The notes below the pieces were generated by a model. The model was given only the letters and a program-made list of their open reading frames with translations, did no database searches and had not been told where the DNA came from. A stretch of 64,000 nucleotides of DNA from Priapulus caudatus (Eukaryota). The translations under genes were made by a program, and so were the position numbers. Each line of letters opens with the position of its first letter. Within the stretch, counting starts at the first letter, position 1. The stretch lies in contig NW_014577065.1 in NCBI RefSeq assembly GCF_000485595.1, positions 555,918-619,917 on the forward strand, written 5' to 3'. Positions 39,142 through 52,800 of this stretch are shown in pieces.

Positions 39142-39580
39142 GTGTGGCATGCATAGAGAAGTTGCGCATCGAAAAATGCACCGTCGCTACTTCAATGTGA
39201 TGATGCTGCTCTACCGAATGTCCCTGTCTATACCAATGTATAGTGATAGGGCGCAGACACGTCGGCGACCTGTCGCCTAAGAAAATGACTTACCGCCGAT
39301 GTTAAGCATTTAATTTAGAGTGTGGCATGCCAAGAGAAGGTGCGCATCGAAAAATGCACCCTCGCTACTTTAATGTGGTGGCACTACGCTGCCGAAGGTT
39401 CTCGACTATACTCATGTACAGGGATGGAGCGCGAACACGTCGGCGGCCGGTCGCCCAAAGGAAATAACTTAGGGCCGACGTTAAGTATTTAATCTAGAGT
39501 GTGTTTAGGCATTTAATCATGCCTAGAGAAAGTAGGCGTCGAAAGATGCACTTTCGCTACTTCAATGCGCTGCAATTACC
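39142..39580 (+). repeat. ~180-bp tandem repeat, about 2.5 diverged copies
   Basis: GTGTGGCATGC..AGAGAAG..GCGCATCGAAAAATGCACC..CGCTACTT recurs at ~39142, ~39320 and ~39515. Confidence 0.75.
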
Positions 39581-39879
39581 TGCCTTACGACTTGCAAATC
39601 AGAACTACCAACTGTATATATTTATAATTTCATAACGTCTGGGATATATATAGGTCTAATGTCGAGAACTGATCTCACAAATAATCGCTGATTACGACGC
39701 ACAAGTAATATCGCAGCATGGAAAAATCACGTGCGAATAATACACTTGTTTAGCTACATCTAACGTATAAATAAGTATTAATAACGAAAATACGAACAGA
39801 ATGCGACCCATGGCGACCTCTAGTGAAAAAATGTCTGCGTAGATAGTGCGAATGGGACATCTGGTGCGAGCTCAGTACG

Positions 39880-39969
39880 AGTCAGGGAGGGACCTCGTGT
39901 TAGAGGGATGAAGCCAGCACCAGTGAAACACACTTCATTTGCATTCAACTTGGCGATGAAGAGACCACT
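39880..39969 (-). pseudogene. Orphan copy of GRL exon 3
   Basis: Translates SGLFIAKLNANEVCFTGAGFIPLTRGPSLT (90 nt, same length as 10244-10333); acceptor and ~45 nt of upstream intron conserved; donor shifted (ACT|cgtact). Confidence 0.8.
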
Positions 39970-40760
39970 CTGGAAAGCAATGAATTGAAATTGGCGCTAG
40001 ACATGTGCTTAATTAATGTAACAATCTTGCCGAGGCAATTGACTTATCGTGGCAGTAACAATTATCGTGTTTCCTATTCCATCTGTGGTGACGTCAGCCG
40101 AAGCTTGATCATGAGTGTGAATGATATTTCACTTCTTCGTGACATTTCACTCGGCGACACCGGGTGTCTATATATACTTTCCTAGCATTGGGAAATATTG
40201 TTCAACAATAATTATTGTTGGATATAACACCTGTCAGCCGTGCTGATTCCTCCAACGTCATGGCTTCGGTGATGTTTAATGTGAAATATAGTGTTGCGTT
40301 ACATTCTCATTGTTACCCGATTTGACTATTGATTCCCTGAACCTTTGTTTATGAATTTGTTGAAATATGCTTATTATTACTGCGTTGGACATGCATGCGC
40401 CCATTATTATCCATCAGAGATTGTTATCTCGCCAACAGTCATGGCGGTTAGTATTGTAAACTGTCTATTATAAATGATTTCTATGGTTCGTAGCCTCTTC
40501 TAGAATTATAAACGTGGGCTTTTGTACAACGGTGGCAGATGTAATTAAGCGTTACTGGTGCCTGCGCTCAGAGTAAATGGGGACATTAATGTACAACAAC
40601 GCGTTTATGGTCAGCGTTGCCGGAGGAAAGGGCATGCACCATGCATTGGTTACCATGCGCATATTTGCGAAACGCAAAGGTTCGACATTTATAATTATAT
40701 GCAGTAAGAATGGCACGATTTATGAAAGATACCGCATTATTACAGCTCAGCAAGCGTTGA

Positions 40761-40978
40761 TACATCGCCAGTAGCGACATCTATCGTTGAGTAATATACC
40801 AAATGCTAAAATTGATTAGTATTGGCCACCCAATGCCATGTTACCAGGAGTAAGATAATATAGGCCTATATTACCAGGAGTAAGATAATATATAACCTAT
40901 ATTATCTTACTCCTGATGTTACGAATAGCAAAATGTAAACAAAGTATAGAACAAAAAATAAATATGTATATATATATA

Positions 40979-41017
<39 letters not shown>

Positions 41018-41286
41018 ATATATATATATATATATATATATCAGGAGTAAATAATCACCCATTTAGATGCTGCAACAAGCTGAAAGGCCCAAAATCAACA
41101 TTGCGTTTGAATACAATTTACAGCAATACAACAGTAAATAGGTGCTGCACGATAAGTGAATAATAAGGGAAGGGAATGAGCGCAAGCACATCTACATTTT
41201 TCTTTTGATTTACGCTAAAATTTGAAGTGGAAAATTGGTAAAAACGAAGGAAAATGCGTGACAAACTCCTTTGTGATTATTTACTC

Positions 41287-41330
<44 letters not shown>

Positions 41331-41490
41331 TTTTTTTGTTTTACTTTGTTTACTTGTTGCTATTCGTAACATCAAGAGCTAATAATTAAGGTATTATTAG
41401 CTCTTGGTAACATGGCACTGGGTGGCCAATACAAATCAATTTTAGCATTTGGAATATTGCTCAAAGACAGATGTCGCCACTGGCGATGTG
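40761..41490. mobile_element. EnSpm/CACTA-like palindromic MITE carrying three nested P-like insertions
   Basis: Termini TACATCGCCAGTAGCGACATCT / AGATGTCGCCACTGGCGATGTG; inverted arms ~130 bp net; inserts at 40845-40915, 41042-41289 and 41373-41406. Confidence 0.75.
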
Positions 41491-43835
41491 TACTGTGTCA
41501 TGGTTCTGAAGTACCAATACGTATTTGAACGTGGGCGATGACGAAGGTGATATAAACAATATATTTCCCAGAAACTGGATATCATCGAACTAGAATGGTC
41601 ACAGGTTACAAACGCGCTTCAAATGCTCTATCGGTGTTTGGTTAGGTGAAATGCGCGACCCGTATTTGACATAAATGTGTAAACACTAAGCTGTCGATAA
41701 TAGGATGATGGGATTTACTCTTATGCATGGGCACTGGGCCTTTGCACTTGTTAATTGCAACAAAATCACATCTCGTATTTAGCGTATTCTAAGTTGATTT
41801 TGGCCGGACTAGAACCTTTTTATTATACGCTCGAGTAAAGGCTATGGGAATTGATTATAGGTACCTACTACTATGCGTACCACTATAGCAACGCATGCAA
41901 TCGATGATTCTATCGCGAAATTACGGAATAGATCATGCGAGAAGCTGCTTACTGGTTCAGCTTACATGCACGGTACATATTTTTCTGGTTTGCTGTTCTC
42001 GTAGGTTTGGCCTTCCACGATTATGACGTACGTCGCAAGCTACTGACTGCATTCGCAGAGCTGTGCAGAATGCCGACCGACAGCTCGCCAATGTTCAGCG
42101 AAGAATGACGATGATATTCGATTATAAGACTTACTCGGTCAGCGAGAAAAGGCCTTTAACGACCGATAATTCCGAGACGCGGTTAAACGCGTCTGCGCGA
42201 AAGGCGAGAAAGTGTAAACTGCTCTAATGTAGCCGGCTCTAGGAAAACGTAGGCGCATGTCATCTATCGTTATCTGGCGATGCGGCTGCTGCCTAGCTAG
42301 AATCGCGATGACGTCGACGGACACGCGCGCACCACGCAGCGTTCAAAGTGATTACGTCACCGTAAATAGTAAAAATAAAAAAAATATTTATATAGTGATT
42401 CTGTTCACCTTTTATGGTTAAATTGCTGCATTATACTTCCTATTTTACTACATTGTTCGATGTGAACATACACTCGTGACTCATACATAGCTCATAGCAA
42501 GCAATTAATGTCAGGAACATAATATCAAATCTTCCAGGTTTTTTGGATTTTTAACTAGTTGAGGAAATCTTATCAGGTAAGAATTTGACGATACGTTTAG
42601 TCCCGTTAGTTCTTACTTTTAATGTAAAAAAATGGCAACAAAAATTTCACAAATTTTACCATCAAAAATTCGTGACGTAGTCAATTTAAATCCACTCGCT
42701 CTTATGCTTTCCGTACCATTATCTCCACAGCCCGTGTTATACCTGAATTCTCTTCTTTTCGATTCTCTCATCGTCTCTATACCTCTTCCACTTCCCCCAC
42801 TATTCTCCGAGATCCACATTTCTCACCCGACGTTCACCCACACCCGCCCAGTATTCACTATCCATCATCAGACTCCACATTTCTCCATCCGCCGTACACT
42901 CTTCCACACTACACAATGAATTTTGCTTTCTTCACCCTCAACTGCATTTAATTCTTCGCTCTATACTATACACCTCGTCAGATGTCATTCTATCTCTCCA
43001 CCCTTTCACCCTCAACCGCTACTTCTCCTCTACCAACCACTCCTCCTCCACCTATCGCTCCCCTCCACCCACGGGCCACTGGACACCTCACCCATAACTT
43101 GCCCTCCTCCAAACACTCCCCCATCTATCCCACCACCTACAGCCACCTGCCACTTCCCACTCAACCCAGTGAACCCACCACTCCCCATAACAAATATTTC
43201 CCATTTACTCACAACACCCTTTGCACACACCGCTCTCCCTCCAGCCAGTTTCTCACCACCCACACTTCCCCCTCCACCCACCACTCCTCCTAACCCACCA
43301 CTACATCCACCTATTACTTCCCCTCCACTCACAGCTCGATCCCTCCATCCACCACTCCTCCATCCACCCTCAACTCCCTTCCACCCCCACCCTCCACCCA
43401 CCACTTTCTTCCACCCACTACATCCCCCTCCACCCACCACTTCCCTTCTACCAACTATTCCTCCCTTCATCCACCACTTTTCCCCCACTCACCACTTCCC
43501 CTCTACCCAGCACTCCCGCGTCCACCCACAGCTTCCTCTCCATCTCCCACCCCACCTTCACTCCCTACACTACCCGCGAATACACAACATCTGCCTGATA
43601 ATAGCCTTAAACGCGGGGAGATGCGGGAGAGAAAGGTGAATGGGGATTAGGAAAGGCTGGCGAGTAGGCGACCGAAATAATTGGCGCCAAATGGCGGGCT
43701 GGTTGCGCGGCGCGCGCGTATACCTAAACGGATTAAATACGCGTAGCCGCTCTGTTTATTTTTACACTGGGCGGAGAAAGCTAGACAGAGACAGACACAC
43801 AAAGAGCGAGAGAGAAAGAAAGAGAGGGAAAGTAG

Positions 43836-43907
<72 letters not shown>

Positions 43908-46451
43908 GTACACCGTGAACGTGAGGTAAGATGAGTGATAGGATAGACACTGCGGTTTGTGTTTTCCACAAGCAGTCTTCAATTCGCAGCCGATAGTTAA
44001 CGCAGGGCACCGGGCGCGCGCGTAAAAACGGTCTCGCCGTAAAACTGGCGCGCTCTCGCTCCGCGCTTGGCTCCGCGCCAGCACGTATGCCCATGCCGTC
44101 GCCGGTGTTTACCGTCTGCGATTCCTTCTGTTTTGACCGAAGCTAAAACTCGGCTATGCGGGTTCGGGCGCCGCGATGCGGTACGTATATACGCCACGGC
44201 ACTTAAGTGCGCTGCCGCCGCACGGCGGATGGCGATGGAATGCCGGCGAATGAGTCCGCGAAATTGTCGCTAGCTAACACGTGCATGTCTCGTGTTTACA
44301 AGATGTGCGTCGTGACCAGATAGAAAGACGTACGCTGCTGCACATGCTAGATCGGATGCTCGATGTGTAGTTTCGTCGCTGCCGAACACGTTGTTCAGCG
44401 TGATACAGCGGCCATGTTACTCGGCGGCGCGCAAGTGTTGGCATTTGATTTCATGCTAGATATCTTCGAGGCCTAGCTATCTGTCACCGGGTGCTGTTGT
44501 GTTAGGTCGTTGAACCTGTTTTGCCCTAAACCACAGAGTTATCGCATGTGTAAACTATCAGGATATATTGCCTGCTGCCTTCTTTAAATGCTTCGATGTA
44601 GTGCTAGAGAGTTTTAAAAGGAATCGGAGTCTAATTCTCGTCACATGAGTTCAGTAGGTGATATTATTACTGCTTCGGCTTACTGCAATTAAGGATTCAC
44701 AGAGTGTTGTATTCACTCGTACAAGGGACACTTTTATAGACCAACACTCAACATCGTAAAACGTAGACCAATGTACAATTAGGAGTTAATCTCAAAGCAC
44801 ACTAGGCAAACCGAACTACAATGAATCGAATGCGAATGAAGTGCAATTCGTTATTAAAGTGTTTTCTCATTGATGTGCCGGCGCACCCGTTTTTGTGATG
44901 ATCTTGTTTTGGTCGGGTGTTTCCAGCTCATAACACTGCCCGCAATTAAGCACAATATTAATTAATCCGCCACGCAATTAACGAGCATGGAAATGTGAAA
45001 TACGCGGATGAAAACTCTCATTTATCTTCATTAGATGTAATTAGTAAACTTTATTTAACTTATCATTTGCATACCACTAGCAGGTTACTATATGAGGCAT
45101 CGTAATCCCTCATATATATATATATATATATTTCTAACATGCGATATGGACAATGTTGCTACACTAACTGCTGATGATGCCACAAACACTTCGAAGACTC
45201 GATAAATGCTTCGGTGTGATTTTTATGTACTAAATAAAGCAGATAATCGTCGTAATGTTTCGCTGTTAGTATATTTGCAGCGCGTTAAGTTAAGAATTTG
45301 ATAACAATTTTTATCTAACGTTTACAGTTAGATGTCCCAGTGTGTGCTATATATATATATATATAATATTATATATGATACTCGATTACTCGTTGCTTTT
45401 CTTTGGTGCTTCAAAATGAGCGATTAATTACAGCAATCAGGTCGTTTATTATAATACGTGCTTTACACATCTTCTATGCTATGAATGCAATTATGTGAAT
45501 AAAGTGTTTTAAATAAAATAATTATAAGGAGCGTCGGCAATTGTTGAGATACGCTGCATTGTAACAAAGTCACAATCGCCTGATTATCTAGTTATTCTAA
45601 AATTGTAAAATATACCTACCCTCATGCACTATTTATATTATACATGCTTTTTAGTATTTTTACATCTATATATTATTATTGATTATATCATATGGTAACA
45701 AATTGGTTCTTTTACCTGAACTAAACATACATGTGCAAAATATCACAATATTTTTATCACATGGTAACGTCTAATAAGTATACTAAAAACAATATTAACC
45801 AAGACTAACGTGAAATATAACATACATGTTTAACGTAGACAAAAATGAACATGGACTTAAATTACATTACATAATATTCGTGCGCCGTGTTAATGGCCCC
45901 AAACAAACCTTTTAATTACATTAACCACTACTTTTAATACTTAAATAATCACCTATTAACAGTCATTGTATGTGTTGGGTGATTACACGCGCGCGCGTGT
46001 GTGTATCTGGGTGGAATCTGTGTTTTTATGTACGCATATAGATACGCATGCATATACTCATATATATATATGTTTCACTATAGTGCGGCACCCAACATTG
46101 CCAGAGTTCTCATTTCTCGCCTCAATCGAGCTTACATATTCGCTAATTATCGTTTAGCACTGACACACGAGTAACGTTAAACAGGAACTTCGCCACATTG
46201 CTCTATTTTAAGCCGTTATTGTCAGAGGTCATAGTGATGACGCGCAGTGACGAGCACGTCACGTGGCATAGTCTTTACCGCTCCTCTGACCTTGAACCCA
46301 ATTGAATGGCTGTCATGCTATATTTTTCTCAGCAGTGGGTGTCTCTGATGTCTTCCGTCCTTTGCTGCTATCATTGCCTCCTGACGTTAGCTTCCTTATG
46401 ATGACATCCACGCGGTGGCCTTCCAACAATGCCTTCCTTCAAATACATCCC

Positions 46452-46726
46452 TTACGATTGCTTCTTCGTCGCTGCGGCTGGAGTCTTGGTCTCTGTTCCG
46501 TCGCTAGGCTTCGCGGGGCACTCTCCTGGTACCTTCTGGTGGCGGCTGAGTTGCGCCGACTGTGAAAACATCGCATTGCACTGCTCGCATCTGTAAAACG
46601 CAGTAAACACATCGTAGGGCCGTGGTGCGTCGAGGGTAATAGCCCGAGAGTACGCGTGCGTACATACCGACGTTACGTGATTGCATCGCGAGGCATCTCA
46701 ACGATCTCGCGTGTCCTCGTGTGTGT

Positions 46727-46818
<92 letters not shown>

Positions 46819-49800
46819 TGTCGTATCGTGTGTGCGTGTCGTGTGTTTGGGTGTGTATGTTGTGTGCGTGTGTGTGTGTGTGTGTGGGTGTGTGTGTGTG
46901 TGTGTGTGTGTACGTGCGCTCGTGCGTGCATGCGTGCTAGCGTGCATTCACACCCGCGTGCATGACTGCGTACGTTTACGTTAGCGTGTGCGTGTGTGGA
47001 TGCCTCATCCGCCCATGATCGGAACGTGCTACAATGCTGGAGGTGGTGTTGCCCGTTGTGACCCATGACGCGCTGAGGCCACGCACACCCTTCAACTATT
47101 CTTCTATTAGTACAATGGGACGGCGTTGATTAACCGCGGCATTGGGCGAGCCTTGTCGGCCCCTAAAGGCGTCCCGCACTCATATACGTACTTAAAGGGT
47201 CGCTCGCCCGTGTGCGTGCGCATGTGATTCTTCAGCGTCGTCGTGCCGGCGAATGCGCGTCCGCAAAACCCGCAGCGGAACGGCCGCTCGCTCGTGTGCG
47301 TGACGACGTGATTCCGGAGTTCTGAGGCGTGCACGTAGGCCGCCGTGCAGTGTCCGCACTGTGGTGGCCGGAGGAAAAGAAAACACGCACGAAATTAATT
47401 GTAACGTATATTTCCCGAATGGCGTTAGTGAAGTGGTGAGTGACGATCCGTGCTATCCTGTAGTACGCAGAGGTTACCTGGTAATTAATAATGATTCCCG
47501 ATCACTAAAAGGCGACATGATTGGTGAATCAACATTTAACGTTAATATACTGAGAATTGGCATTTTGAAATAACGCAATACGATTCCCGACTCCCTAACA
47601 AAAAATCTATATTAATGTGTTAAAGACTGCGCGCGAGCATTTTAGGAGGGATGATGAAATTGTGCTAACAGCTTAATATTTGGCCCCGTTCGGGAGTAAG
47701 GAGGCCATGCTATGACAATCTGACTAAACCCAATTAATGAGTTAGTTATTGAAAAGACATTAAACAAGAATTCATTTGTTTAATGTATATCAACAATTAG
47801 ACACATTAAGAAAATTTCAATACTAATTATAGCATTCTCTTCGTGGATATCAGGTCAGCGACGAACATAATATCATGAGACATCCATCACATCATAACTG
47901 GATATTGAACAGTCAACCTCCGTCGACTAATTATAACCTATCACCTTTTTGTAAAAACAACTCGACTTTTTGACAGAATAAAGCTGTTTATAAATATGTA
48001 ATAAAAGATCGGGTGTGACGAAGCCGAAGTTGAGATTTAGGTAAAAGCAACACTGATAAATAATTGCTCTGAATACTTTTCATGTGTTGAAGCTCATGGT
48101 CTCTGTCAACCCGTCAGCTGAACAGCGCCTACACCAAGATATTAAAACTGCACGCATCGTTGTATGGATGAACATGCCAATATACGGGACCACATCTCTA
48201 CCTGTCCTCGCCATGCCATGTAGTCCCAAATTCCCATGCCCCATAATGCATTATGAATTAGTGAACATGTTGCGTGTAGAGATTGACAGCTCGTTGATGA
48301 CGCGCGGTAATAGAAGCTACCGATTGAAATCGCGCAGGCCCTGCACCACGCGTACACTGCCGCTACTGTTGATACTGCTGTCGCTGTGTAAGCTTCAGCG
48401 ATCCACACCGACGTCAGCGCTGAACGCGTCCGAAAAAACTACGACACTGAAAACATCTCCGCGTCAAAGTCGCGTCGAATGATGCGCGCGTGAAAAACCA
48501 GAAACGATGGTTCTTTAGGCGCGCAGACGCCGTGTCATCGGCAATATCAAAAACGCCATTGAAAACTTTCCAAACTCTCTAGTACGGCACTTAGTCGAGA
48601 AAATACGAGAGCGGGACAATAAAATGGCCGCGAGCGATTTATCGCGTGAGCGCCGGCTCGCCTCCGGCTTGTCAACAGCGATCCCGTAGACCCGTAATCA
48701 CGACACGATGCCGCTCTGCTAGCGCTCTAATGCATGCCGCTGTGCCCGCTCGGAGAGCAGTCACGGAGACCTTGTTTAAAGCTGTTTGATCACGTAAAGT
48801 AGACGACGACCCGACGACCCGTCGTAAAGGAGCTGTCGTCACGCACACGACGTGTCCGCCTCTATACGCGCCGCGCCGTGCGAATTCCGTCGCGTGACAT
48901 GCCATGTAGACGTCGACGAAAATAGTTAGGTTGTTCATTTCTTCTTGGTGAATATTTCCTCACTTGAAATTCGTTCTTAAACACGCGCTTTTCGAACCTG
49001 CCGCGTGACATGCCGACTGGTGCTGAGACGTTTTTTGCTCGCGCGGAGTAACTGTCAGAACGACAACGCGCCAGTCTTTATATTATAGCGAACACACGTG
49101 AGGCGACGCCGCCTGATCGCCAGTGGAGCGCAAGCCGCATACTGAGGAGGAAAATAAACATTTCATTGGCTTCTATTGCGCCTCGGGGGCTCGAAGAGAA
49201 CATCATCCCTCGATCGGAGGACGTCGATGTAGGCTGGTGGTTTCTGCCGCTGTCGTGATCGCGCTTCTTTAATCGCACACTCGGCGTCGGTCACGCGTCC
49301 CTGCTTCGCCCCCCCCCGCCGCCTTTCTCTCAAAAGGAAAACGCGCCTACTCCCAGCGGCTACCGGGAAAAATCTGTAAACCACCGTATGGCCTTTCAGC
49401 ACGTGGGTCTGTTTACCACGATGATCAACCCTAGGGTGCGAGCCGACGAGAGCCCAACAATAAACCGATCTTAATAGCCGTGCATTTGCTCATATACGTG
49501 TCTTTGAGTGTCCAGACTAAAACCTGCAATAACTCTTGCAATATGCCCCCGGGGGCGCGTGTGCTATTTTACGGATGTCGGAGAAGAACAAAGGCCATAT
49601 TACGGGGGAAAAAACTTGCAATGACCATACTAAATCTGCACGCTCACGAATTTTTCGTGGTTTGCAGGCTTTCGCGCCCGTGTTTTTTTATTGATTCTTG
49701 CTAGTCCTCCCCTTGTTATAAGATATAAAACATAACCCCTTTGTGCGGCGTATAGAAGTGAATCGAAAGCCTGCGAGTTTCCTTCGTCGGGCAACTGTTC

Positions 49801-52800
49801 TTCATAAAACGATCCTCGGCGGAGGTAAAAGAGCATGAAAGAAACCGAGAAACGATTTTATGTTTGCATCAACATGTTCCCTGCTCGGCGCGCACGCAAC
49901 TAAAGCGACGTCGAGGTTGCGGTTTGGGATCAGAAGTGCGTAAAAACAGTTTTATGTCCGCGCGCGTAAAAGGCGAGAGTTTGAGAAAAACTTGCGGATT
50001 GCAAATAGAGGTGGTAAAGGTAGCTTGCGCTACGCTTCGATGGTCTTATGCCTTCTTATTAAGACATGTCCACGACGTTCTCTGGTGTGTACAAACACGC
50101 GTGCGCGCACACGCACACGCGCACACTCGCCCAAGGCGACGTTTATGGACATATGGTTAGGGTAAACATATTTTCAGGACAAAACGACTCACTAATTTTA
50201 ATCATACATACATTATTTTGCTCCATACGCTCAGAAATTTGCATCTGCGTTCGTTGCATTGCCGGATTAAGTAAGAGGAATTATCATCTAGCCTGAAGAT
50301 TAACTGAGACGTTTTTCAAATAAAATTTCAGCAAGAAAAGTTGAAAATGCAGCTACGTTTGCACAAGCAGAACGTTATCGATTATGGGTACATTTGCCAT
50401 GCATTATGAAGACGTATTTACATTATAGACATTGTAAAAATCGTAACATTATCAGCTCTGTTTTCAAGATTTGGCTGAATGTAGAGAATAGGATTTGTAA
50501 AGGTTTGTTTTAATAAACACGATTATCTTACGTTCAACGTTATGATCTGATGATAGTATTGCGACTGACCTACTTTTATGCAATCACTAGGCGAGAGATC
50601 GCTCACATCCGCGTCTACAGCAAATATCAACACTATCGCTCGATAGCAATACCTAGGCGTGAAACTTTCTGATGACAGGAAAACTACGCGATGGCTCTCC
50701 GGTTGTACACAGCATGATCTAAAACCAAGTCCATTTTACGCGCTTCATATTTTTTACGAACATCGCCGACAAAAAGGAATTTCTCCACCCGGCACAGTGA
50801 GTGGTATGCGAGCGAACGTGAAATGCTAACAGTCAAGCGCAACCGCGATGCTGGGATGCCTGGTTGAAAAAAACACACACCCAGGGTTCATCCGTCCTAT
50901 AATGCTGCATGAGGAATTGGGGCTGTCGGTGATCGATCGTCCTGAATGTTCATCGCGCTATCAAGAGGAATCGTAGCAGGCAAGGCTGCTGAGCTAAGAA
51001 TTGACGAACGACCAGAGAGAAATACTCCGAAGACGCTCCCCCACCTCTGAGGCCCAACCTTCCGCTAACCCTTAAACGAAATGCTTGCTATTAGTCGTTT
51101 TTACACTGCGTGGGCGAGAGGCTTCGTCAGCGAATCGCTGTGTTACGGCATAAACAGTTCATAGTAGATAAACTACAACCTTGTTGCCCGCCATTATTAA
51201 TAATTAGGTTCCATTATTATTTATATATTATTTATAGCAGTGTAGAACGAGTTCTTTGTAAAATTCGGCTGCATTTTTCTAGCGCGTATCCGGGGGTTAC
51301 AATTACGCAAGTATTAGGTTTCCATCTAGCCTACGCAAGATTAAAGAACGCCTGGTGAGCGCACTGCTTGCTGCTTCTCACCGATATCGGTTAGCTGACA
51401 GAAAACTGCGAAAGAATAAAGGAAAATAGAAAGAGTCAACAAAATAAATCTACTCAACGTTGCAAAAAGCGTAGCACAAGAAGAGTAGCAAGTCTCTAAA
51501 ATTAACTAAAAGTTACAGGACGCGCGGAAATGATAGGAAACAGCCGAAACCTACTAGACACAATAAGACAGTATAACAAGAATCAACGAAAAGTTAAGTT
51601 TAGAATACCACGGAAAGCTAACAAGAAAAACCACAATGCTTCAATGTAACGCAAAGCTGCAAAAACAAAGGTAAACCACGGGAATAAACGCAAATCTCCA
51701 GTGTGTACGCATGAAATAGTGTAAGGCTATAAAATTACAGGGCTCAACAAAGATTTAGAAAAAGGCTATGAAAACAACGAGAGGATGCAGAGAAGCAGCA
51801 GCAACACTGCGAGAAACGGCGAACCGCTCAGCAGTGAACAGAGTAAGCTATACTATACGAGGCGTGTGCACTGGCATGCGCACAGAACATGCAGGATTTC
51901 TATGCTGTTAGCCCGATGTTTTTATCTCGGCAAAATAATATGCAAGACATTGCGCTCTGCATTTGAGTCTTTCAGTAAATCGCTCAGCAAAAAAATATAT
52001 AAGGAAACACGAAAAATCAAACAGCTAAGCAAAAGACAACGATTAGCGATTAGTGAGTGCGTAGGTCTCGAGTGTATAGCAATTACACCCAATGTTAGCT
52101 ATATACGCAACTATATAGTAATCGCCAGGGATAAGCACCAAAATGTGTTGATGCTGAGAGTGGTCCGGCGTACCCTACGTTTATGACCGAAACCCAAGTG
52201 ATCATCCTTAATAGGCTATAAGAGAACGAGCGCAGGAAAAGTAGAAAGGGGCGTCATTCACAGTGTAGGCGCATGTAGTAAATGAGACATCTGGTGTCTG
52301 AGTGGCCCTTATATGCTCATTCATTTCTTATATGTTCTGATTCATCGACGATCAGCTGCGATGACGTAATGCATAACAAATGAACGTCGCTGTTCTCCTC
52401 AATATTAATGTTCAACTGATTAGAGGAACGACAGAAAAAAATGTCTCTCTAGCGTTCCGCGAGACAACTGTATCTAGACACTAAACTCACATTTATGATA
52501 ATAGCTGCCGAAACCATTTAGCGAGTGTAGCCACATTTTTAACAGCCGGTGGAGATATTCAAAGGAACCGACAACCTACGATACCGGGGAGCGTGTAACA
52601 CACATACATACATACACGCACGCACGCACGCACGCACGCACACACGCACGCACGTACACACGTGTTGTATGCTTACACCGCTCCCCATGCAAGTTGTTGC
52701 ACGAGGTAGAGCACTGCAGCTACGGGGCGCCATGAAGGACAGGGCTCAATTCTGTCGAACCGGTTCCACAAAACTCAATTTTGTAAACACAAAACTCAAT

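Noticed and set aside
42923..43639. Pro/His-rich extensin-like ORF
   Set aside because: C-rich low-complexity sequence that looks like noisy gap fill; no start context or splice support.
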